Shown: in pieces, positions 1-13,267 of the stretch | Position numbering within the stretch: the stretch's first letter is position 1 | How the letters are laid out: every line of letters starts with the position of its first letter | Assembly (NCBI RefSeq): GCF_006345805.1 | Contig: NC_043021.1 | Coordinates: 1,736,001 to 1,800,000, forward strand | Source of the DNA: Octopus sinensis | Taxonomy: Eukaryota | DNA length: 64,000 bases | Reading direction: 5' to 3' | The notes under the pieces: generated by a model | The model's database searches: none | Seen by the model: only the letters and a program-made list of their open reading frames with translations | Told to the model about the DNA's origin: nothing | Program-made: the position numbers and the translations under genes

Positions 1-1323
1 TGCCAGTGGCACATAAAAAGCACTATCCGAACGCAATTGATGCTAGGACCTCCTGACTAGCTTCTGTGCCGGTGGCATATAAAAAGCACTATCTGAACGT
101 GATTGATGCCAGGCCCACCCGACTGGCTCCTGTGCTAGTGGCATGTAAAAAGCACCCATTACACTCATCAAGTGGTTGGCATTAGGAAGGGCATCCAGCT
201 GTAGAAACATTGCCAGATCAGATTGGAGCCTGGTGCAGCCATCTGGCTCTCCAGACCTCAGTCAAAACCGTCCAACCCAAACCAGCATGGAAAGCGAACA
301 CGAAAACAATGATGATGATTGCTTAGTTTTAGAAAGATATTGTAGGATAAGCATGAAAGGCCAGATCTGGCCAGCTTTAACATAAAACTGGTTGAACATT
401 TAGGCTGGTTTAAATGCTAAGAAGTTCAGCTTAGGTGAACTGTGTCATGGTTGTCTCATGTCTCTGCTAAGTGTCCTCTTATGGGAGACTGAACGGAAAG
501 CATGGGGAAAGGAGATGTTAAGATGGAGATGTGACTCTCCGACTTATTGGATCCTGTCAAAACGTCCGACCCATGATAACATGGAAAGCAGGTACAAAAT
601 GATGATGATGATAACGATGGTAGTGATGGTGATGTTCCGAGTTCAAATTCCGCCAAGGACGACTTTGCCTTTCATCCTTTCGGGGTCGATTAAATAAGTA
701 CCAGTTATGCACTGGGGATGATATAATTGACTTAATCCATATGTCTGTCCTTGTTTGTCCCCCCTGTGTTTAGCCCCTTGTGGGTAGTAAAGAAATAGGT
801 GATAATGATGATGATGATGGTGGTGGTGATGGTAATGATGATGATAACTGTGATGACATGTTGGTGTGGTCATTTACATTTACACTTCTCCAAAAGTTGC
901 TGAGCAACAAGTCAAGACTTGCTGTTGTTTTTCTTGTCAACTGATCCCCTAAATATCCTTTGCCTGAAAAAGCAGGTAAGAGTTAGCAACAGGAAGAGCA
1001 TCTGGCTGGGGTAAAAAAAACAAAATCGTCATAATATATTCATCTAACCCATGCAAGCATGGAAAAATAGATGTAAAACTGGGAAGAAGGAACAAATGGC
1101 ATGTATTATGCAATTACACATGTGGATGGGTCAGAAAGAAATATAAATAAAGACAGAAAAAAATTCATATTGTATTATATTTTATATATACATAATATAT
1201 ATATATACATGTATATACATATCTTCATAGTTATACACCCTCACACAAATAGATATTATATAGGCTCAGTCACAAATATAATCAGGACTTGAATACACAC
1301 CCATACACATACATTCATAGTAG

Positions 1324-1713
1324 AGATTGTTTGCCAACATAACATGGCATTCCTGGTTTAGGACGAATGTTGCTGTAATTTAGCCCCAGGAGACATTGTC
1401 TCCAGCTGGCTATACAACACGATCTCTGTCCTTATATTTTCAAACAAGGGAATCTAGCTAGCACCCCCATTCAGCTCAAAACAATATCTCTAGCCAAACA
1501 ATTATTCTGTGCTGATGAAGGGAAATAACCCGGAAATCGTGATACACAGATATTGTTGTAAGTTGAGTGGGGGTCCTAGCTAGAGTCCCTTGTTTGAAAA
1601 TATAAGGACACAGACCGTGTCGTATAGCCAGCTGTAGACAATGTCTCCTGGGGCTAAATTAAGGCAACATTCATCCTAAACCAGGACTGCCATGTTACGT
1701 TGGCAAACAATCT
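1324..1713. repeat. Long inverted repeat (arms 1324-1489 and 1548-1713), probably Penelope-like/retrozyme derived
   Basis: 166-bp arms, about 15 mismatches by eye; hammerhead motif in the loop. Confidence 0.85.
1506..1550 (+). ncRNA. Minimal type-I hammerhead ribozyme motif (AUA site)
   Basis: TCTGTG-CTGATGA-A-GGG-AAATAA-CCC-G-GAAA-TCGTGA-TA-CACAGA: stem I 6 bp, core CUGAUGA/GAAA, near-palindromic stem III. Confidence 0.7.
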
Positions 1714-1785
1714 TTACTCCAAAGGACTGTTGCTGAATATCTCATGTTGTGAGATTTAAAAATAGTAATTTTCTAACATACATTC

Positions 1786-1879
1786 ATGTATGTATGTATG
1801 TATGTGTGTGTGTGTGTATATAAATATATATATACACACATATATATATACACACACACATATATATACAGACGTTATG

Positions 1880-1921
<42 letters not shown>

Positions 1922-1941
1922 TGTATACATCTATATATATA

Positions 1942-1973
<32 letters not shown>

Positions 1974-1983
1974 GATGTATACA

Positions 1984-2056
<73 letters not shown>

Positions 2057-2070
2057 TATATATATATATA

Positions 2071-2125
<55 letters not shown>

Positions 2126-2480
2126 TATATATATATACACATATATATATATATATACATACATACATCTATATATATATAGAGAGAGACACACACACAT
2201 ATATATACGTCTATATATATATATATAGACACACACATACATGTGAATACATAGGTATATACATGCACACATACACACACCAAAACATATGCTCTTACAT
2301 ATACATAAATAGGCACACTCATAACACACACACACACACACACACACATAAGCATGCTCTCTTGCACATACATGCGGACACACAAACACACATCAGCACA
2401 TGTTCTTTTGCATATATAGATACACACACACACACACACACAGATATATATATATATAAACACGCGTATATGCATGACAT
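1786..2480. repeat. Compound (AT)n/(AC)n microsatellite
   Basis: Direct reading; source of the YIYI ORF artefacts. Confidence 0.95.
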
Positions 2481-2588
2481 ATACATTCATTCAAGAATAA
2501 TTACCCATCATATACATATATACAGTTAGTCGCCAACGACGGTTAGCACGCGCGTACGTGTGTGTGTGTGTGCGTGTGCGTGTGCGTG

Positions 2589-2629
<41 letters not shown>

Positions 2630-2990
2630 GTGTTCACACGCCAAAATAAATTCTGCAATAAGTTGAATAAATAATCAGGGGTCAGGGTTCACCTGTAAGA
2701 TCAAATGAAAAATATCTACAGAAACTGTACACAGGGAGTTCAAGCCACAGGTCGTCCCAATCCTCACCACAGCCCAGCGACTGGCGAGAATGAGAGGAAA
2801 GGAGAAGAGGAGGAAGGAGAGGCGAGAGCGTTAGGATTGATATTAGAACTGCTGGGATCACACACACACACAAGTACACATGCACGCACGCACACACACA
2901 CACGCAAACACATTCACATATACACACAAACAGACACATACACAAGCATACCCACAAACAACAACAGAGTGGTGGGGAGGGGGTTGGAAG

Positions 2991-3129
2991 TCAAAGGTTA
3001 CAGGGGTTGTAGTCAGGGGTCGTCGGAGTAGTGAAACTGGCAGTGGTGGAGAAGGCGTGAAGGTTTCCCATTTGGCTCAGTCCACTCTGGATATGGTTGA
3101 TGTGAATTTCCACGTTGTTCTGGAAAGAA
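2991..3129 (-). CDS. LIN9: LIN9 terminal coding exon 16 (SFQNNVEIH...PCNL*)
   Basis: tctttcag|; conserved FQNNVEIH..HIQSGLSQMGNLHAF followed by TGA. Confidence 0.95.
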
Positions 3130-6100
3130 CTGAAAGACATAAATATAATAATAATAATGATAATAATAATAATGATAATAATAATAATAATGATAATAAT
3201 AATAATGATAATAATAATAATAATGATAATAATAATAATGATAATAATAATAATAATAATGATAATAATAATAATAATAATGATAATAATAATAATGATG
3301 ATAATGATGATTGCAAATTTTGTCACAAAGACAGCAATTTTGGGAGAGGTGATTAAGTCAATTACATCAACCCCAGTACATGACTGGTACCTAATTTATC
3401 AACCCTGAAAGGATGAAAGGCAAAGTCGACCTTGGCAGAATTTGAACTTACAACCACTAAGCATTTTGCCCAACATGCTAATGATTCTGCCAGCTCACTA
3501 CTTTAATAATAATAATAATTTCAAGTTTTGCCACAAGGGCAGCTTGGGGGAGGTGGGGATGAGTCGATTACATCAACCCCAGTATTCAACTGGTACTTAC
3601 AGAATTTGAACTCAGAACATAGCAAGAGACAAAATACCACTAAACATTTCACCTGGTGGTTTAACAATTCTACCAGCTCAAGGGGGTACATGGCAGTATT
3701 TCAAATTGCTCTGCAATCAGTTCGATATCTGATGTGTGGCACACCACACCCTTGTACTGACAATGACAATTGGACAGGGGGGAGTGTGAAGACAAATGGC
3801 TTAGTGGTTAGGGTGTTCAGCTCGCAATTGCAAGGTTGTGAGTTCAATCCCCGGTGGTGCAATGTGCTCTTGAGCAAGACACTTTATTTCACATTGCTCC
3901 AGTCCACTTGAGCAACCTTCTTCTACTGTAGCTTGGACTTCAAAAAGCCTTAGGAGTAGATTTGGTAGACAGAAACAGGAAGAAGTGTGTGTGTGTGTGT
4001 GTGTGTGCATGTATTTGTCCCTCAGCACTGGTTGACAACTGGTGTTGGTTTGTTTACATACATGTAACTTGGCAGTTCAGCAAAAGAGACTGATAGAATA
4101 AGTACCAGGCTTAATAAAATTAGTCCTGGGGTTGAGCCATTCGATAAAAACTCTGCAAGGCGGTGCCCCAGCATGGCCACAGTCTAATGACTGAAGCAAA
4201 TAAGACAAAAGGTACGTGTATATATATATATATATTATATATATATATTATTTGTTTATTTGACTGAGGCCATACTGGGGCACTGCTTTGAAGGGTTTTA
4301 GTCAAACAAATTGACTCCAGGGCTTATTTTTGGGAGCCTAGTAATTATTCTATTGGTCTCTTTTGCCAAACCGTTCAGTCACAGGGACATAAACACACCA
4401 TCACCAGTTGTCAAACAGTGGGGCGGGGGTAAACACAGGCACAAAGACACACACATATATATGCGCGACAGGCTTCTTTCAGTTTCCATCAACCAAATCT
4501 ACTCACAAGACTTTGATTGGCCTGAGGCTATAGCAGAAGACCCCAGAACCATGTGATTGGGAAACAAACTTCTTACCACGCAGCCACGCCTATGTATATA
4601 GACACAAAGCTTGAAAAGTGCTGCACCAAACTGTAAAAAGGTACCTACTTTATGTTATTGCCATCCAAACTTTTCTTGATATCATCCAAACTGTCTTGAA
4701 GGGAACAGAACTCAAAGGAATTGAAATCATTTTCAGCAAATGTCTGCAAAGAGAAAAAGAGGAGAAAAAAACAAAGAACGGTAAAGGAATTTGGAGAAAC
4801 AAATCAAGATTTCTGTTTTTTTATGTATTGCAAATCATATTTGTATTGACATAATTGTGGGGTTTTGGAGTTTGGGGCCGAGGACCACAACAACAACAAC
4901 AACAGACATATCTGCACATATATACTTATTTCTTTATTACCCTCAAGGGGCTAAACACAGAGAGGACAAACAAGGACAGACAAACGGATTAAGTCGATTA
5001 TATCGAACCCAGTGCGTAACTGGTACTTAATTTATCAACCCCAAAAGGATGAAAGGCAAAGTTGACCTTGGCGGAATTTGAACTCAGAACGTAGCCGCAG
5101 ATGAAATACCGCTAAGCATTTCGCCTGGCGTGCTTACGTTTCTGCCAGCTCGCCGCCTTCAAATCTGCACATATATACTATGCATACACACACACATTAT
5201 TTAGACAAACACACAGACAGATGGATAGTCAATCAACTATCCAACCACATGCATAAAACTCACACACACACACACACAGAAATTCATACATAGACACATG
5301 TACATACATACACAAAGAACACACAAACACATGTGCAGATATACAATGCACACTGGTGCAAACATGTATATTCACACACAGACACACACACAGAATGAGA
5401 TAGGGTCCTAGAAAAAATTAGTAAGAGAGACATGTTTACTTTGAGAAGCAATATGGGGGGAAATAAGGGTCCAAGAAAGAGAACCAAAAGCATTTTTTAA
5501 GAAAATAACCAGCCTTAGGGCTGAAACATGTAACAGAATAAATCATCATCATCATCATCACCATTTAGCGTCCGCTTTCCATGCTAGCATGGGTTGGACG
5601 GTTCAACTGGGGTCTGTGAAGCCAGAAGGCTGCATCAGGCCCAGTCTGATCTGGCAGTGTTTCTACGGCTGGATGCCCTTCCTAACGCCAACCACTCCGT
5701 GAGTGTAGTGGGTGCTTTTTATGTGCCACCCGCACAGGTGCCAGACGGAGCTGGAAAACGGACATGAACGGATGGTGCTTTTACGTGCCACCGGCACGGG
5801 GGCCAGGGATGATGCCTGGCAGTTTAGAACTAGGGATGATGTCTGGCAGTTTAGAAATAAAAAGGGTTCTTAGATCACATTTAAAACAGGAAGTTTATAT
5901 CATAGAACACAGGAGACAGTTTCAGGCAGGCTGGTATTAAAAAGGGTTAAGGGAAGTTGTACTGACCTTGACTTGTAACATCAAAGATGTGAGATTAATT
6001 ATTAATTTCATCATCTGTTCATTCTTGGCAGTCTTGGCATTGATGAAGGAAGTCTGGGGAAGAGAATTAGAGGAGTTCTTAGAGGTGGCCACAGTGGAGG

Positions 6101-9100
6101 AGGTGGTGGTGGTGGCGGCAGTTAGTGTAGGTGGGAGTGGCGATTGTGGAGGGAGTGGGTGAGGTAGTGAGGAGAGTGGGTTGTGATGGTATTGGTGGGA
6201 GTGAGTGAGTGGCAGCAGTGGGGTGAGGTGGTGGTGATGGTGGTGGTAGTAGTAGTAGATGATTGTGGTTTAGTGATGGTAGTAGTATTGGTGGTGGTAG
6301 TGGTGGAGGTGGTAGTGGTGATGGTGACTGCAGTATGAAATGGTAGATGTGTTGGTGATGATGGTAATGGTAGTCACGGTGTTGGTGATGTAGTGCAAAG
6401 TGGTGGCTAGAGTGGTGATGGTGGTGCTAGTGGGCAAAGTGCAAAGTGACAGTGCGGAGATCCACCCCGACTTACCAGGCGAACCTTCTCAACCATTCTC
6501 TGGGCCTCGTCCTCACATCTCTGCTTAATCTCCGACGGTTGGTCTATCGCAGGTAGGCCCTGTTCAGGAACAATCTGGAAGGCAAAGAAATACAGATTCA
6601 CTCTTCACTCAACTCCCTTCATATCAAAGATGCTAGCTTAACAGAATCGACGGAGCATCCAATGAAATGTCATGATGAATTTCAATTACCTCCCTTTTAT
6701 GACATGATTTTTGAATCATGTCAACACAAACTTTGCCTTAAATTCTTCTAGGCGTTGATATATTAACCCTTTTGTTACCATATTTCTATAGAGATGCTCT
6801 GTTTCCTTCAATTAATTTTAAATATAACAAAGAATTTAGTAAAGTAACTTAGTTACCATTAAGCTAGTGTTAGGAACATGAATTGTGACTAAGGTTTGGT
6901 GGAAGATATTAATTCAAAATTTATGAAAACAAGACATTTGTACTTAGAGCCAAAGCCAGTTTCAGCTGGGTGGGTAACAAAAGGGTTAAAAATGTCATGG
7001 TGACTTTAAACCTTTCGTTACCATATTTCTATCGAGATGCTCTGTGTTTCTTTCAATTAATTTTAAATATAACAAAGAATTTAGTGAAATAATTTAATTA
7101 TCATTCAGCTGGTGTTAGGAACATAAATTGTGACTAAAGTTTGGTGGAAGATTTTAATTCAAAACTTTTGAAAATAAGATATTTGTACTAGAGATCCAGA
7201 GGTGGTTTCAGATAGGTTGGTATCGAAAGGGTTGAAGTATCAATCAAATACTAAAAATGATCTTAACTCATCATCATCATCATTTTAATGTCCACTTTTC
7301 CATGCTGCATGGGCCATATGGAATTTGTCATGGTATATTCTTTACGGCTGGATGCCCTTCTGGTCACCAACCCTCGCCTGAACATACTGTACATCTGTTT
7401 CCAAGCTGGTGTGGGTTAGGCAGACATATCTATGTGTGTGTGTGTGTGCATTTGTCAGTTACTGCTCCTTGCCTTGACTTCATGTGATAACTGTAAACAA
7501 ATTTTCACCATCCTTTGTTTCCAATCTTCTGTGAAAACATGTCTGGCCATGGGGAAGACCACCTTATTTGGAAACTGGTGTGGGTAGACAACAGGAAGGG
7601 CATTCGGCTGTAGACAATTCGACCTGATTCATGCAAGCAAGGAAAAGTGGACATTAAACGGTGATGGGGATAATGAAGTCCAACATCAACCAGTATGACC
7701 CTTCCCTACTTCCAAGCACACTAAAATAGGTACCAATATTGGAACCAATATAATTAACTAATTGGCGTTAGGAAGGGCATCCAGCCGTAGAAACACTGCC
7801 AGATCTGACTGGGCCTGACGAAGCCTTCCAGCTTCACAGACCCCAGTTGACCCGTCCAACCCATGCTAGCATGGAAAACGGACGCTAAACGATGATGATG
7901 ATGATGATGATGAAAACCGTTTCTGGCACTGACCCAACACATCTGAAAATCAATCAGTATAAACAATGGTATAGGCGCAGGAGTGGCTGTGTGGTAAGTT
8001 GCTTGCTAACCAACCACATGGTTCCGGGTTCAGTCCCACTGCGTGGCACCTTGGGCAAGTGTCTTCTGCTATAGCCCCAGGCCGACCAATGCCTTGTGAG
8101 TGGATTTGGTAGACGGAAACTGAAAGAAGTCTGTCGTATATGTATGTATATATATGAATGTGTGTGTGTATATGTTTGTGTGTCTGTGTTTGTCCCCCTA
8201 GCATTGCTTGACATTCAATGCTGGTGTGTTTACGTCCCCGTCACTTAGCGGTTCGGCAAAAGAGACCGATAGAATAAGTACTGGGCTTACAAAGAATAAG
8301 TCCCGGGGTCGATTTGCTCGACTAAAGGCGGTGCTCCAGCATGGCCGCAGTCAAATGACTGAAACAAGTAAAAGAGTAAAAAAAAAATTTTTTTAAATGG
8401 GAAAAAAATTCACAAAAAATAAAGGCAAGAGTGACAGGAACAAGATGTGAGTTGACATACCTCCTGGCAGAAGTGCTGCACACTGTTAAGGTATTTCTGT
8501 AATTCCTTGTTTAAACGTTCCAGTTCAAGGACGACACCAGCGTACTTCCGCTGGAATTCATAGGTAATTGGTTTCTGTAATGATTCCTAGCCAAAGAGAA
8601 AGTTTAATTTAATTAAACAGAAAACGGATTGACAAAAGGTGAAGGAAGAAGTGGCCACTGCTCTTACCATGCAAAAAAAGTCACAAGTGAAAGACACAGC
8701 TAACAGTCTAAAAAATAGATGACTGAAGTAGAAATTTCAATATTACCTGAACCATATATAACTCTTAAAGATCATAAAGATAATATTCTTGCCAAGCACA
8801 CATGTAGAGTAATAAATCTAGGAAAAAGCGAGATAAGTAGCCTCAGTAAAAAACAGTTTTAGATTCCATCATTTTTTAACATTAAACAGGTCAATTCTCC
8901 TCTATTACGGAATAAGAGCTTTTCAGTTATCGAGTGGTTTGATAACGTAGATAACATGCACCGTAGTAAATCTATGTAGTTCTATACAGAGTTTCCTCCA
9001 TCTCAAACTAAATACCTTCTCGAAAAGCTTTAGTATTTGGTAGAGGGTTTTATTTCAGCACTTATGTCAGTGCCATGTAAAGAAAAAAAAAAAGGGGGGG

Positions 9101-11998
9101 GGGCACCTGAGCTAGTGCCACCTGAACAAATACCCAGTATGATGCTCTGTAAAGTAGTTAGCATTAGGAAGGACATTTCAGCTGCTTGTATTTGCACTCA
9201 AACTCTTTAGTTGGGTAAACAGTCTTTACTGTAGACCAAGCAAAAAATTTGCAAGTTGATATTAATGCAACTTCTAACCATCCAACCAATAATCCGTAGC
9301 AACATAGTTAATATTAATTAGCTCGTCTCTCTTTTCATGGAGATTCCTCTTTAGTGTGAGCGTTATTTATTATGAGAATACATTAAAAGACAATGGCTTC
9401 AAAGATAGAACATAATACAAGTAAAACAGCTCTAATATACATAGGCACAAAATAAACATTATATAATATAATCCTCTATGTAAAATCATATGGTATAATC
9501 CTCTGTGCAGTTTAGATGTTCATTTTAATGTAGCCCAGGTTTTATTAACCCTTTAGCATTTAAACCAGCTATATCTGGCCTAAATATTCTGTGTTTTATA
9601 TTGAAATAAGTCAGGTGCAGCCTCTCACACCTACCATACAATGTCATTTGAAAATTAAGCAATCACATCATGAAAATCCCAAAGCTACATGTTAATGCAT
9701 GATTAATTCAAAACAATGTGAATAAATGAGCATTACATTTGACAGAATAATGTGAATGCTAAAGGATTAGATCTCATAAATAAATATTTCCCTACAGACC
9801 ATTAACATCATCAGATCTTCAACAGAAGCAGTGTTATAGAGAGTTGGTTTCACCAAAATCTTCCATATTCCCACAGCCAGTGTTATCAAAAAAACAACTT
9901 TTTAAGCATAAACAATGAAACCTCACTTGTATGTAATTTCAGCAACCTTAAAATCTGCCCACTGAATGGCAAGTGCCTTTCCAAAACATTAGTTTATTGA
10001 GTTAAAGTCTCTTTCGCAAATAACAGCAAATAAATATGCGTGAGCACGCACGTGCATGTGTATATGTCTGTCTCTCCCGTCTTGGCATTGCATGCTAAGT
10101 TGTAAAATGGTTGTCACTGCCACACAAGCAGTGTCATTCATTTCCAATCATCTGTAAAAACATGTCTGGCCTTGGGGAAATATTACCTTGCTCAGAAACA
10201 GGTGACGGTTGGCAACAGGAAGAGCATCTGGCCATAGAAAATCTGCCTCAATAAACTCTTGAAGCATGGAGAAGTGAAAGTTAAAACAATGACAACGATG
10301 GATGCATTTAAAACATTTACAGCGTAACATAGAAACAGAGAGAAGACAACTTACAAACTTTTCCGCGTGACAGTTCATTTCTTTTAATTTCTTTATCCAA
10401 TCTTTTTTCATTAAGAGTATTTTTGATAATTTAATCTGAAAATAGATTTAAAGGCAAAGTTTATCTCACAGGACCAACAAACCATATGTCCAAATCTAGA
10501 AACAAGACACCTTGTACTCATCAGAGATTAAACCAATCACAACATGGCATGGATATATTGATTTCTACATACTGTTTGCTAACATATTCTTTTTCTCTCT
10601 CTCTTTTACTTGTTTCAGTCATTTGACTGTGGCCATGCTGGAGCACCACCTTTAGTCAAGAAAATCGACAATAATGATAATGAGTGATGATGACGACAGC
10701 AGTGCCAATGATGAATGATAGTGAATGATGATAAATGATAATGACAATGAATGATGATGAATGACAACGAATGATAATGAATGATGGTGATGATGGTAAC
10801 AAGCAATGATGTTGAGAATGAATGATGGTTAAGAAATTTATTGGCTATAAAATCAATACTTACAACATGTAACAAAAACTTCACTGGAAACCCTCCATAA
10901 GTGGCCCCTTCTAAACTCCGAAACTGGGTTTTTATGGGAGAACTGCTGAGAAGGGGATCGTTCTCCTAAAAATACACACAACCATTAGTCATGATTAGAG
11001 ATTTCATTTTATTTTCAAATCAAAAAAAAGTTGTTACCTGGCTAAAAAAAAAATCCATATAAAAATATAGACCCTAAATTGTTGTTGTTAATGGGGGGGA
11101 GGGAACAAGTTGATTACATCGACCCCCCCCCCCCAGTGCTCTACTGCTCCACATTAAAGAACCCTAAGAGGTGAAAGGTAAAGTCAACCTCAGCAGAATA
11201 ATAATAATGAGACAATTATAGAAGCTTACCAACTGGTGGCTGGGTGACCCTATCCGAGGAGCAAACCTCGGAGGATGGGATGTCGTCAACTTGGATCGGT
11301 GCCGCTGCTGAAAGGCTGATAATGGTGTCGTTTCCTGTGGACTTGTGCTCTTGAAATGGAAAAGAAGATAAAAAAAAAAAAACATTTTGGAATTTTATCA
11401 ACTTAGGGCCAGTGCTCAGAGAAAAGGGGTCGGTTATTTTGTACTGTAGTAACAGAGAGTTAATCCTTTAACCTTTAAACCTGCCACATCAGACCCAAGT
11501 ATTCAACTTGTCTTATGTTCAAACTGGCCAAATCCAGCCTCTCACACCAACTCTGCAATGTCATTCTAAAGCTAAACGATCATTGAAATCTCGAAGCCAC
11601 GAGATTAATTCAGGATTAATTCCAAACGAGGCAAATCAATAAACTTTACATTTGACTGAGTAATTTGAATGCTAAAGAGTCAATGGTTAGATCGAAATAG
11701 TGAAGAGATGCAGGCGGGGGCATTCGAGTGAGGAATTGCTAATAGAAAAGGGGTACAGGAAAACATTTCTTAACCCCTTAGCATTCAGGTTACTCTTGTC
11801 ACACGTAATGCTTATTTATTCACATTGTCTTGAATTAATCAGCCATTCTCTCATAATTTTGAGATTTCGACAATATGTTTGTTTTTAGAATGATATTGTT
11901 GGGTTGGTGTAAAAAGCCAGATCTGGCCACTTTAAATCCTGAAGGGTTAAATCAAGGAAGAAGTGAAATTAAACATACACATCTGTGTGATGTGTATA

Positions 11999-12052
<54 letters not shown>

Positions 12053-13236
12053 GTTGGAATTTACAAAAAAAACAAAAGACAAAGACAGGTGTGTAAGCAA
12101 CAAACAGGTGTATTAGTTTAATGCTCGGGAAGGTGAGAAAGTGTTTTACAGTTCGAGCCTACGCTCGTCAACAGAAAGGAACACAAGGAAATAAAGAGAG
12201 AGAGAGAGAGAATGAAAAAATGCTTTAGTGGCTAGCGGTCGATCATGGTGATATATATACATGCTAAGAGTGAACATTGAGAATGTGTATGTGTAGTTGA
12301 AATGAAATGCCAAAAGCTGTGATTTTCATCCAGCTACTTCCATTCTATAATTCAAATATATATAAACTTGGTGTTGTAACTGTGTGTGCGCATGCGTGTG
12401 CATGTGTGCACATGAGGATGCATATCCAAGCTCGAGCATTTGGAGGAAATCACAGAACAGCTGAAGATTGTTCTGGGAGAGAAGAGGAGGAAAGGGAGGA
12501 AGATGAGGAAAGGAACAGCAGGACTTACCAAAACCTCGTAGTCTGAGATGGAATGCGTACCCAAGCCAGCTCGGTCGAAGATCACTCTATACGTGTTATT
12601 AACAGTGTCCAGGGCTTCCACAGACCCCGTGAACAAACCATCTTGCACCTTCCTGAACCGTGCTGAAAGAAGTTCAAATGTTATGTAGAAAGAGAAAACA
12701 AGTTTGGCCAAATTAAAGGACATCATCATCGTAATCATCGTTTAACATCTGTTTTTCCATGCTAGCATGGGTCAAGCTATAGAAACCATGCCAAGGCAGA
12801 CATAGGAGATCAATGCAGCCCTTCAACACCTCAGATCCTGCCAAACCATCCAACCCATGCCAACATGGAACATGGATGGATGTTAAATGATGATCATATA
12901 TATACATATGTATGTGTGTGTGTAAATATATATGTGAGCAAACTACATGTACATATATATACATAGACAGGTATAAATGCATATAAATATGCTTATTAAA
13001 AGGCACCTGTGCTGGCGACGGATAAAAAGCATCCATGCTGGTGGCACGCAAAAGGAACCCATTACACTCTTGGAGTGGTTGGCATTAGAAAGGGCATCCA
13101 GCCGTAGAAACCATGCCAAACCAAACTAGAACAGCTCTCCAGCTGCAGTCAAACGGTCCAACCCATGCCAGCATGAAAAGTGGATGTCGAATGATGATGA
13201 TGATAATGATACACACATAAAGTGTTCGCATGGTCA

Positions 13237-13267
<31 letters not shown>

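Noticed and set aside
1790-2529. Long [12 protein letters not shown] ORFs here and at 38.1-38.9, 42.1-42.7, 44.2-44.7, 49.2-50.7, 51.1-51.5 and 60.8-61.4 kb
   Set aside because: Translations of di- and tetranucleotide microsatellites with no coding signal.
5505-5540. CCTTAGGGCTGAAACATGT, Penelope-tail-like fragment
   Set aside because: No CUGANGA core upstream; incomplete.
12150-12180. Minus-strand TTGACGAGCGTAGGCTCGAAC hammerhead-like motif
   Set aside because: Core lacks C3 and an intact GAAA; no stem I found.
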